Source: Iphione sp. A-MEVVRFRX5
Lineage: Eukaryota
Assembly: GCA_976226885.1 (NCBI GenBank)
Contig: OZ320319.1
Coordinates: forward strand, 66,464,001-66,528,000
Direction: 5' to 3'
Length of the DNA: 64,000 bases
Below, in pieces: positions 1 to 8,249 of this stretch. Numbering within the stretch: position 1 is the first letter of the stretch; each line of letters begins with the position of its first letter. Made by a program: the position numbers and the translations under genes. The notes under the pieces were generated by a model that did no database searches, had not been told where the DNA came from, and saw only the letters and a program-made list of their open reading frames with translations.

Positions 1-127
1 ATAATTACACACTCGAGCATCTAAAGGTATTTTCAACAACTACTATGACTCTGGGTAGACTTAGAGACCGAAATTGCAAGCCACATGATATCGATGAAGA
101 CTTCTCTTCCTCACAACAGTTACTGAC

Positions 128-252
128 CTGCGGTTCAGGAATAGCTTGGAATATGGCCTCAAATGTGACGGTTTCGTTCTCCACCGCACTCTGGGCCTTA
201 GGTTTGGTAACGACAGTAGGTGCCAGGCCTTCCTCTTGTGGTTCTTCAGGTG
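128..252 (-). CDS. Titin-like exon, N-terminal half of an Ig domain (APEEPQEEGLAPTVVTKPKAQSAVENETVTFEAIFQAIPEPQ)
   Basis: Acceptor AG at 254-253, donor GTCAGT at 127-122; phase 1 to 0; Ig A-B strand pattern. Confidence 0.8.
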
Positions 253-857
253 CTGATATAGACAAAGTCGGATCGTAAAACGGAACGAACAGGTGAGCAT
301 TAATGCAGCAACCTCACTGGCAGGTACATCTCTACAGCTATTATCTACAGGATCTCCAAATACTGTTATTTATCTATTTGAACAGCAAAGATCTGCAATT
401 AGATGTCTTCATCTCTCACATAAATGACAAATTTGCAAAGATACAATTAGAGAATACTTCTCCTAAGAATTACTAATTCACAGAAATATAAAAATATATT
501 GCATTTTCTAACCAGCAGTTCCAAATTTAAATGTCCTAGATCAGTATAAACCTGTCTACAGAAATACCAAATCGTACAGAATTTTAACCGCCATTTTTTA
601 GATAAATATATTCCCGTCGCTGTCTTTTGCGCCACAGAGAATATAGAATCCAAATTTGTAACATGTTTGATGACGTACTATCTAATGAATACTTCCATGA
701 CTCATAATTCATGCAAAATGATAAACTGAACGAAAAGTAATCAGTGTCTTCATGCGTCATGAAATTGCATTCCATGCAAACCTGCTCTTGATGTCCTGGT
801 AAAATTATAATACACCACAAAAATAAATGACAGAGTTCCCGTTGGCTTTGTTCCTCA

Positions 858-867
858 AAGATGGCGG
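858..867 (+). promoter_or_regulatory. YY1-type motif AAGATGGCGG, candidate internal promoter element of the LINE
   Basis: Exact match to the YY1 consensus AANATGGCGG, ~13 nt inside the predicted 5' end, similar to the YY1 site position in human L1. Confidence 0.45.
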
Positions 868-965
868 ACTAAGCGGACGTGCCACTGAGAGGGCTCCGGT
901 GACATGGTGGTTTTTAAGTCTAAATTTGACGCGCTTCTACTAATACGTGGACCCAACAGTAGATT

Positions 966-2633
966 ATGGCTCCAGGAAAACAGACAAAAACGAACAGGAA
1001 GGGAAAACAGCCTGGCGGCCCAAGGAAGGACACAGAAAACTCTGACTCAATGGAACCTTCAGGACCGTTAGACAACAATGGAGGCAACACAGGTATTATG
1101 ACCCGAGGACGCCAAGGCGCTACACCCAAACCACAGCCAAACAATCAACCACCACCGCACACTCCACAGGAACAGCAGTGTGACGGCAATGGCTTTCAAT
1201 GTGGAGGACACGGCATCTCAAGTCAACTACCGGCTACATATGATGTTAGTAAGTACTCTGTCAATGATTTGCTAACCAGACTTTTGAACAATGCCCGTAG
1301 TCAGGACGAAAGGCTTAACACTTTGACGACAAGGCTTACCAACTTCGAATCTCTCGCACAAAGAGTGACCTTACTTGAAAAGAAAGTACTAGGCATTGAG
1401 GGTACCCATAGTGAATTAACCAACAAGTTAGAGGAAATGCAACGCGATCTCTCTACTGCAAATACAAAATCGACGTCTTGTTCTACCAGTGTTGAAGCTC
1501 TAAAGAGTACTGTGCAAAAGGAAGCAGACAAGACTCAAGAAGCACTGAACAAAATGAATAAGCTTCAAAATTCAATAGAAAGCGAGGTTGGCAAAACAAA
1601 ACAAGTATTACAAGAAATTAGGATGAATGAAAGAAACCCCACTGCAGATAATCGTACCTATGACGACGCTGAGATAACTGCTCGCAGAGCCAACCTAATA
1701 ATTGAAGGGCTAACAGAAGTTGAGGGTGAACGACTGATTGACGACACCATGGATATCTGTAGCAAAGTATACCCTGACATCCGTAAGCGCAACATAAAAT
1801 CAGCCATAAGAGGACCAGCAGTGAGAGGCGGTAACACGGAGTCGGGAGTGATAATTGTATCTTTCTCATCCGTGACAATCCGCAACGCGGTTTACAATAA
1901 CAGGACAAAACTACGGTTCAATGACGGCTACGAAAGTATAATGATTAGGGAAGACATTCCAGCCAATTTGAAATCAAAACACAATCTTCTTCACATAGTA
2001 GCTAGTGAAGCGAGAAGAAACGGGGACAGGGCATCAGTGAGAGGACTCAATCTTAGAATCAACAACGTTGACTATTCTCCAGACGACTTGGATTCACTTC
2101 CAAACGGTTTGACACTAGAAAAATGCTTTACAAATGAATCTGACACAGTATTAGCCTTCAAAAGTGAATATCATCCACTTTCAAGTCTTTCCCTAAATGT
2201 TTTTACACATGAGGGCATTGAGTTCAAGAGTGTTGAACACGCATACCAATCGTTGTGTGCGCTAGACCATGACAGCGAGGAATTAGCTGAAGAGATTAGG
2301 AACGCACCGACAGCTTTGGCGGCAAAACGGGCTGGCTATGGGATAGACCACAGTGCCCAATGGGAAGAAAAGCGTGAAATAGTCATGCGCGAAATTTTAA
2401 AATCGAAAGCAGCAGAGTGTGAAAATTTCAGACGGTCTCTGGTCAGCACCGGGACAAAAACTCTGGTTGAAGGCACCTACGATACTTTCTTTGGGGCCGG
2501 GTGTTCCCTGAGGAGCAGCAAAATCAAGGACAAGGAATGGACTGGTACGAACACAATGGGAAAGCTACTGGAAACTCTCCGCCAGGAAATACAGCGGGAC
2601 TTAGACTTCCCTTCACTAAATTCTACTACATAG
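966..2633 (+). CDS. LINE ORF1p: basic disordered N-terminus, coiled coil, RRM/CTD, and C-terminal NADAR (YbiA/DUF1768-like) domain
   Basis: 555 aa, strong Kozak context. Heptad region ~aa 98-220. RRANLIIEGL...IIVSF...IMIREDIP is typical of L1/L2-type ORF1 RRM. The C-terminus (~2148-2600) has FKSVEHAYQ, AAKRAG, WEEKREIVMREILKSK, TGTKTLVEGTYDTFFGAG and WTGTNTMGKLLETLR, the NADAR signature order. Confidence 0.85.
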   Translation: MAPGKQTKTNRKGKQPGGPRKDTENSDSMEPSGPLDNNGGNTGIMTRGRQGATPKPQPNNQPPPHTPQEQQCDGNGFQCGGHGISSQLPATYDVSKYSVNDLLTRLLNNARSQDERLNTLTTRLTNFESLAQRVTLLEKKVLGIEGTHSELTNKLEEMQRDLSTANTKSTSCSTSVEALKSTVQKEADKTQEALNKMNKLQNSIESEVGKTKQVLQEIRMNERNPTADNRTYDDAEITARRANLIIEGLTEVEGERLIDDTMDICSKVYPDIRKRNIKSAIRGPAVRGGNTESGVIIVSFSSVTIRNAVYNNRTKLRFNDGYESIMIREDIPANLKSKHNLLHIVASEARRNGDRASVRGLNLRINNVDYSPDDLDSLPNGLTLEKCFTNESDTVLAFKSEYHPLSSLSLNVFTHEGIEFKSVEHAYQSLCALDHDSEELAEEIRNAPTALAAKRAGYGIDHSAQWEEKREIVMREILKSKAAECENFRRSLVSTGTKTLVEGTYDTFFGAGCSLRSSKIKDKEWTGTNTMGKLLETLRQEIQRDLDFPSLNSTT

Positions 2634-3174
2634 CGAACACCAACGAACGGTATTGTTGTGTGTTTCTCGAATATTATTTGTCTTGTAATTAATTATTTCT
2701 CTCCTCTTCATTTCAGAATACACTTCATTAGTACGTTTTGCTTCAGAAGGTGTCAGTCACCGCTCGGGTTGTTATTATTTTCTGCTATATAGCGGAAATT
2801 CTATCAATTGAAGACATTGACGGATAGTGTGGTAACAAATTTCTTCCCTCAGGAACGTAAGTAGGCACTACTACAATCATTACAGATACCCGGCATTGTT
2901 AGGCTATACTACACTGCTGGAAGATATATCGAACAAATATGTCTATTTAATGTTGATTGTACTAGGGAATGAATGATTATGAACAATCGAGTTCTGTTAC
3001 CCTATAACAATATTTATACTCTGTCTGAGAATCTCAATGCCAGGTTATACTGCATTGTTCACTCTAATTCGTAATCAAAAAATAGGAAAGTTATAAATCA
3101 CTATATTACTTTCACATCCAATTGAATGACTTGCATATACTGACATTCTGACTGATTTCCATAGTGAATCTACC

Positions 3175-3786
3175 ATGGGCGCTCGCAGACGTATTCTACT
3201 AATGACCGATTCTCGTGGAAGGGATATCAAACATCACTGGACCCCAATAAATGGAACGGTTGTCAACATAATGGTACTGCCGGGGCTCCAATACAAAACT
3301 GTCTTCAGATATCTAAAAGGAGACTGGATAGGGAACTATGATGTGGTAATCTTACACATGGGAATATGCGATATCACACTGAAGAGAGGTAAGAAATTGT
3401 ACCTAAGACATGAGGACCCAGAGACATATGGCCTCAGACATTCTGTCATCTTATCTCATCTTGAGTCGATAATGAAACGCTGTGACTGGGTGAAACTAAT
3501 TATCGCTCCTATTGTAGGTCTAGACCTCAAAAGGTATAGTATGTCAACCTATTCTCAACATGCCCAGTCGGTCATTAACTCCAGTGTTTGGATAGTCAAC
3601 GAAAACATCAAACTGTTCAACAAACGTAATGGGAACTTCACACCGAACACGTACAGTCCAATCCACTACATGCAAAACGGCAAAAAGAAAAATAAATACG
3701 GTAAATTATCTGACGGTTGTCACCAAAACAGCAGAGTCTCTCTTAATTGGGTGAGACAGTATAGGATAGCTATATCAAAACTTTAA
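3175..3786 (+). CDS. SGNH/GDSL-type hydrolase (esterase/OSK-like fold), stand-alone ORF of the LINE
   Basis: 203 aa, perfect Kozak ACCATGG. Block I ILLMTDSRGR (Ser13), block II LPG, block III HMGICDI, block V LSDGCH (Asp-x-x-His). Confidence 0.75.
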   Translation: MGARRRILLMTDSRGRDIKHHWTPINGTVVNIMVLPGLQYKTVFRYLKGDWIGNYDVVILHMGICDITLKRGKKLYLRHEDPETYGLRHSVILSHLESIMKRCDWVKLIIAPIVGLDLKRYSMSTYSQHAQSVINSSVWIVNENIKLFNKRNGNFTPNTYSPIHYMQNGKKKNKYGKLSDGCHQNSRVSLNWVRQYRIAISKL

Positions 3787-4036
3787 TCGGTCCATGGCCA
3801 GACACATGCAACCGGAACATGTAATCACAGAATCTTTTGGCTGTGCGTGACACAATGTCACAGTTATACACAATTTGCCTGTACGTGACCTTACGACACA
3901 CTAATGTCACTAATTACTCAATGATTATATTCAAATTTAAAATGGAAACTAGAAGAGTTCATGCACTCTAAGAGTTGCCTACAATTAGCCTTCTCTTTCT
4001 CTATAGAAGTCAGCACTATCAATCTGTGAATGATTT

Positions 4037-4123
4037 ATCTTTGTATTATACTGTCTTTGATGTAATTACGTTATTACTCAATCTTTGTATTATACTGTCT
4101 TTGATGTAATTACCTTATTACTT
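4037..4123 (+). repeat. 44-bp tandem duplication in the SGNH-to-pol spacer
   Basis: atctttgtattatactgtctttgatgtaattac(g/c)ttattact starts at 4037 and at 4081. Confidence 0.9.
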
Positions 4124-4262
4124 GACATTTCCATTATTTTTTCTCGTTATCTATGTTTGAATACTTACTGCCGACCTTGTTACCGGAGCCCACTCAAAAT
4201 TTCAAAGCATATCATTTCTGTACTTTATTTTATTTAATTTGCATCTGTCTAGTTCGGAATAA

Positions 4263-7049
4263 ATGATGAAAGGGAGAGTTTTCTCTTACTGGAACATACA
4301 TAGCATTTTACCGAAATTAGAGGAAGTAAATAGTGTGTTAGAACAAAATGGGATCTTAGTTATGGGAGTAACCGAAACATGGTTATGTGAATCAATCCCA
4401 TCATCTGCAATAGAGCATCTGGGATATCACTCACATAGGCAGGACAGAGCATCAGTTAAAAAGGCTAGAGGTGGCGGCATAGTAACATATGTTAGTAATG
4501 CAGTACAGTCAGAAGTCTTATTAGAAGATAGTATCTGCACCGATGATATTGAATGTCTGTGGGTCAATCTCCGCAGTAACTTTAGAAAACCAGTGATTAT
4601 GGGAACAGTGTATAGGCCACCTGAAGGCGATATCACTAACTTCCAATCATATTTGAAAGAAAAATTAGCCAAATTCAGAAAAGGGACAAAAAATGAAATA
4701 ATACTGGGCGGTGATTTCAATATTAATTTTTTATCTGAATCAAACGCACAACGACATCTGTCATGCACCTGTGCATCCTTTGGACTTACTCAGTTGATTA
4801 CTGAATCCACGCTTATACACCCAACAGCCAAGTCCTGTTTAGATCTGATTTTCACCAGTTTAGGCAACATATCAAACAGTGGCACCTTATTGAATGCATC
4901 TAGCGACCATTTACCGGTCTTCATATGTGATAAGAAGCCCAGGGAAAAAACTCGTAGAAAAACAATACAGGTTAGGGATTGGTCTAACTATGACTCATCT
5001 ACTTTGAAAGAATGCCTAGAGGACACGGTCATCCGCCTAGGGACAGACAGTGTACTGGATGCGGAGACAAAATGGGTTGAACTTCAATCAGCAATAACAG
5101 ATGCAGCAAAACATGTATGCCCACTCAAAGGAAAAGTCATCAAAACAGGCAACGGCTGGGTAGATGGGGAACTAAAAGAATATATTCGAAATAGGGACTA
5201 TTTCCATCGAGATTTCAAAAGAACAGGGAGCGTAGACTCTTTCAGGATCTACAAGTTCTATAAAAGCAAAGTAAAAAATCATACAAAGAAATTGAAAAGG
5301 AAATTCATCTCGGACAAACTTAGCAGGTGTAAGAATAGCAAAGATTACTGGTCAGTCATAAACAACGTAGTGTTACGAAAGGACAAGACGCCCCAGAATA
5401 TTGAACTGAAAGAAGGTGATGACTGGGTGGGCAGCGAGCAGGTACCGGAGGTCTTGAACAACTACTTTGTAGACCAACCTACATCATTGGCGGACAACCT
5501 GAACGTCCATGTACAACTGAAACAGCCTGACATGGACGGATGGGAGATGAAACTGGTAAGAACTGATGAGGTGTTTAAGGTAGTTAGCTCTTTAAACTGT
5601 AAAAAACCTAGTGGGATAGACGGGATCCCAACAAAACTGCTGAAAGACTCTTTAATAATTGCAATAGAACCACTTCGAGACATCTTCAATGAATTAATCG
5701 TCAGTTCAAAATTCTTAAACCAATGGAAGGAAGCTAAAGTCACACCGCTTCACAAAAAAGGCAGTAGGACTGATAAGAAAAATTTCAGACCCATAGCAAT
5801 TTTACCAGTAGTAGGAAAGATATTCGAGAGATTAATGTACAATCAAATTAATAGCTACCTTGACTCGATTGATTTCTTTGCCAAAGAACAGCACGGTTTC
5901 CGAAGCCTGCACAGCACTGAGACAGCAACAGCGTGCCTACTGAAGGATGTGTACGAAGCAATCGACGACAACCGACACGTAGGAGCTGTCTTCGTCGATA
6001 TGACTAAGGCATTCGACGTTGCAAATCATGGTAAAATTATCGAAAAATTGACAACGGTAGGGGTTGGTCAGAGAACTATACAGCTCCTAAGATCCTATCT
6101 ATCAGACAGACTGCAGCTGGTGAGGTGCAATTCGAGCATCTCAGCACAACGAGACATCACGGTTGGAGTGCCCCAAGGGAGTATTTTAGGTCCCTTTCTA
6201 TTTAGCATACTAATTAATGATCTCCCAAAAGCCCAAATAGTAACGAGCAGTATCATGTACGCAGATGACGTGACCATCTATGCCATAGCATCAAACATAA
6301 TGGCACTAAGACTCAAATTACAACGTGGTGTCAAAGACATACTGAGCTGGACGCGCCAAAATGGTTTAGTAATTAGTGAGGAAAAAACTTTCTACATGAC
6401 TTTTGGCAAAAGTAAAAATCTAGAATTAGATTTGTCTCTAGACAATCAGATAATATTGAAAAAAACAAGTTGCAAGTTCCTAGGCTACCACATAGATAAT
6501 AACTTATCATGGAGATCTCTCTTGCAACATATGCAAAGAACAACCAAATCACGTAGCTACTACATTGGTAAAATGTCGAGACTACTCAGTTTCAAAGACA
6601 AATCTATACTCTTTAAAAGCTTCCTGCTATCTCTCTTCGACTATGGTTTACCATTCATAGTAAGTCAGAAAAAGAAATATGTTGACAACTTGCAAGTAAG
6701 TTGCAACCAAATCATGCGAAACATAATCATGGGTAGAAGATTCAATTATCAATCAAATTTGTCATTAAGGAAAAGACTGGGAGTAGATTCCTTGGAAATA
6801 AGAGGTCGCAGGTCACTGCTGTGCCTGATCCATAGGTTATATCTACTAGGGATATTAAAGCTAAAAGGGAAAAGAAAGAATGCTACAAGACTAAGCATAT
6901 CCCTCCAGCTACAACAAAAAAGACCAAGAACCTCCTTTTACAAGCTCTCCTTCATTTATACAGGTATCGAGTTGTGGAATGCCCTCCCGACGAGAGTCAA
7001 ATCAAAGAGAGACTTGAAGGCTTTCAAGCGGTCACTACATCACTGCTGA
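4263..7049 (+). CDS. LINE pol: apurinic-like endonuclease plus reverse transcriptase
   Basis: 928 aa, uninterrupted. APE motifs WNIHS, GVTETWL, RGGGIVTYV, VYRPP, GGDFNIN, LDLIF, SDHLPV. RT motifs NFRPIAILPVVGKIFE, QHGFR, FVDMTKAFD, GVPQGSILGP, YADD, KFLGYHID. CR1/L2-type C-terminal SFIYTGIELWNALP. Confidence 0.97.
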   Translation: MMKGRVFSYWNIHSILPKLEEVNSVLEQNGILVMGVTETWLCESIPSSAIEHLGYHSHRQDRASVKKARGGGIVTYVSNAVQSEVLLEDSICTDDIECLWVNLRSNFRKPVIMGTVYRPPEGDITNFQSYLKEKLAKFRKGTKNEIILGGDFNINFLSESNAQRHLSCTCASFGLTQLITESTLIHPTAKSCLDLIFTSLGNISNSGTLLNASSDHLPVFICDKKPREKTRRKTIQVRDWSNYDSSTLKECLEDTVIRLGTDSVLDAETKWVELQSAITDAAKHVCPLKGKVIKTGNGWVDGELKEYIRNRDYFHRDFKRTGSVDSFRIYKFYKSKVKNHTKKLKRKFISDKLSRCKNSKDYWSVINNVVLRKDKTPQNIELKEGDDWVGSEQVPEVLNNYFVDQPTSLADNLNVHVQLKQPDMDGWEMKLVRTDEVFKVVSSLNCKKPSGIDGIPTKLLKDSLIIAIEPLRDIFNELIVSSKFLNQWKEAKVTPLHKKGSRTDKKNFRPIAILPVVGKIFERLMYNQINSYLDSIDFFAKEQHGFRSLHSTETATACLLKDVYEAIDDNRHVGAVFVDMTKAFDVANHGKIIEKLTTVGVGQRTIQLLRSYLSDRLQLVRCNSSISAQRDITVGVPQGSILGPFLFSILINDLPKAQIVTSSIMYADDVTIYAIASNIMALRLKLQRGVKDILSWTRQNGLVISEEKTFYMTFGKSKNLELDLSLDNQIILKKTSCKFLGYHIDNNLSWRSLLQHMQRTTKSRSYYIGKMSRLLSFKDKSILFKSFLLSLFDYGLPFIVSQKKKYVDNLQVSCNQIMRNIIMGRRFNYQSNLSLRKRLGVDSLEIRGRRSLLCLIHRLYLLGILKLKGKRKNATRLSISLQLQQKRPRTSFYKLSFIYTGIELWNALPTRVKSKRDLKAFKRSLHHC

Positions 7050-7235
7050 GCAAACCCTGTGAACTACGACATTTTTGCAGCAATAAGAAGAAGATAGCGT
7101 CAATATAATTCATATATCATATTGTGTCAAAGAAAGAAATAGAACTTTATTTACTACTGCTGAGTAAACCTTGTGTACTACAATGTTTTGCAAAAAGAAG
7201 AAGAAGACAGCGACAATGTAATTCATATATTGACT
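7042..7235 (+). repeat. Diverged ~114-bp tandem duplication at the start of the LINE 3' UTR
   Basis: actgctgag(c/t)aaacc...agaagaaga(t/c)agcg(t/a)caat(a/g)taattcatatat begins at 7042 and at 7156. Confidence 0.8.
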
Positions 7236-7378
7236 CTTACTGCATGTATATAGAAGAGAACTAGCAGGATAAGTAGATGACAAATGGCCAACATACAGAG
7301 AGTTAACACTGTAATTTGCAAATGCACCCTTCGTTATGTTCACAGGGATATCTTGCGATGTATTTCGCTTAAGACGTG

Positions 7379-7406
7379 AATAAACGTATCTTGTATCTTG
7401 TATCTT
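7379..7406 (+). terminator. LINE 3' end: poly(A) signal AATAAA plus (GTATCTT)3 tail
   Basis: AATAAA at 7379-7384 followed by three perfect 7-mers at 7386-7406; short tandem-repeat tails are typical of CR1/L2-group LINEs. Confidence 0.8.
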
Positions 7407-7490
7407 GTTGGTGACTCATACTTATTAGTTCGCCGCGTGCTCCGCATAACCTTCCCTGAGGCCCGTACTGTACTAGAACAGCCGTCTTAC

Positions 7491-7808
7491 CCTCCAGCAC
7501 GACGAGCTCGGCCGAGCAGGTCGAGGTACCCACTGGGTTCTTGGCCACTACCGTGTAGCGGCCCGTGTCCTCGGGGAACACCTCCTTGATGACGAGCGAG
7601 CAGCGGTTGTCATCCTCGTCGTACGTCTGCACGAAGTCGGGCGCCGGCTCGATGCGCGTGCTGTCCCGGAACCAGGCGATTAAAGGCCGGGGCCGGCCGA
7701 ACACCGTGCATTCGAGCCGCGCCATGCAGCCGTCCAGGATGCACTGACTACTCAGCGGGACGGTGAACTCCGGGCCAGACGGTTCGCCGATGAAATCCTC
7801 GATGTCCG
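7491..7808 (-). CDS. Titin-like exon, one complete Ig-I domain
   Basis: PEFTVPL...ARLECTVFGRPRPLIAWF...DTGRYTVVAKNPVG; AG at 7810-7809, GTAAG at 7490; 318 bp, phase 1-1. Confidence 0.92.
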
Positions 7809-8249
7809 CTAAGTGTGCGGGAGAGTTTGGAGTAAATTCTGTGAATCCCGGATTGTACTCTCCCTTGGACATATATGTGCAACTATAGGTGTATGCTGTT
7901 TAAGCTTTGCACCCGTGTCTATGTAAGCATATGGGGCTGTTCTTGTGTGTGAATTAATACCTATGTGTATGAGTGTTTGTTTACCTTTCATTGTGCAATG
8001 GGGATGGTATCTTCTGGACTAGCCATGCTTAGGGATACCTCAGTTAATACGTATACTGTGTTGCATGCACATACATGTACCTATTCCGCGATCAAATAAC
8101 ATTACCAAAGGAATAAAACAAGAAAAGCAAACATGTAACTAACTTCTCGGAAAAATTCTCCATCAGTAATGGTCGTATATATGAACAGACAAAATGAATA
8201 ACGATATTTCTAGACTATGAAATTCATAAATGGCGTCGGCAGATCTTAC

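Larger units (their letters stand above)
846..7406 (+). mobile_element. Full-length three-ORF non-LTR retrotransposon (LINE, CR1/L2 group, Daphne/Crack-like), antisense in a titin intron
   Basis: ORF1-like, SGNH and APE-RT ORFs in tandem on +; AATAAA at 7379-7384 then (GTATCTT)3 at 7386-7406; candidate 5-bp TSD GTTGG at 841-845 and 7407-7411. The 5' boundary is less certain than the 3' boundary. Confidence 0.85.

Noticed and set aside
2501-2692. 63-aa ORF overlapping the end of ORF1 as a possible frameshift extension
   Set aside because: No motif, no obvious slippery site, and it ends in low-complexity spacer.
698-7420. 9-bp TGACTCATA at 698-706 and 7412-7420 as the LINE TSD
   Set aside because: The downstream copy is 5 nt away from the end of the perfect tail, whereas GTTGG abuts it and places the YY1 motif near the 5' end. 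It is disfavoured but not excluded without an empty allele.
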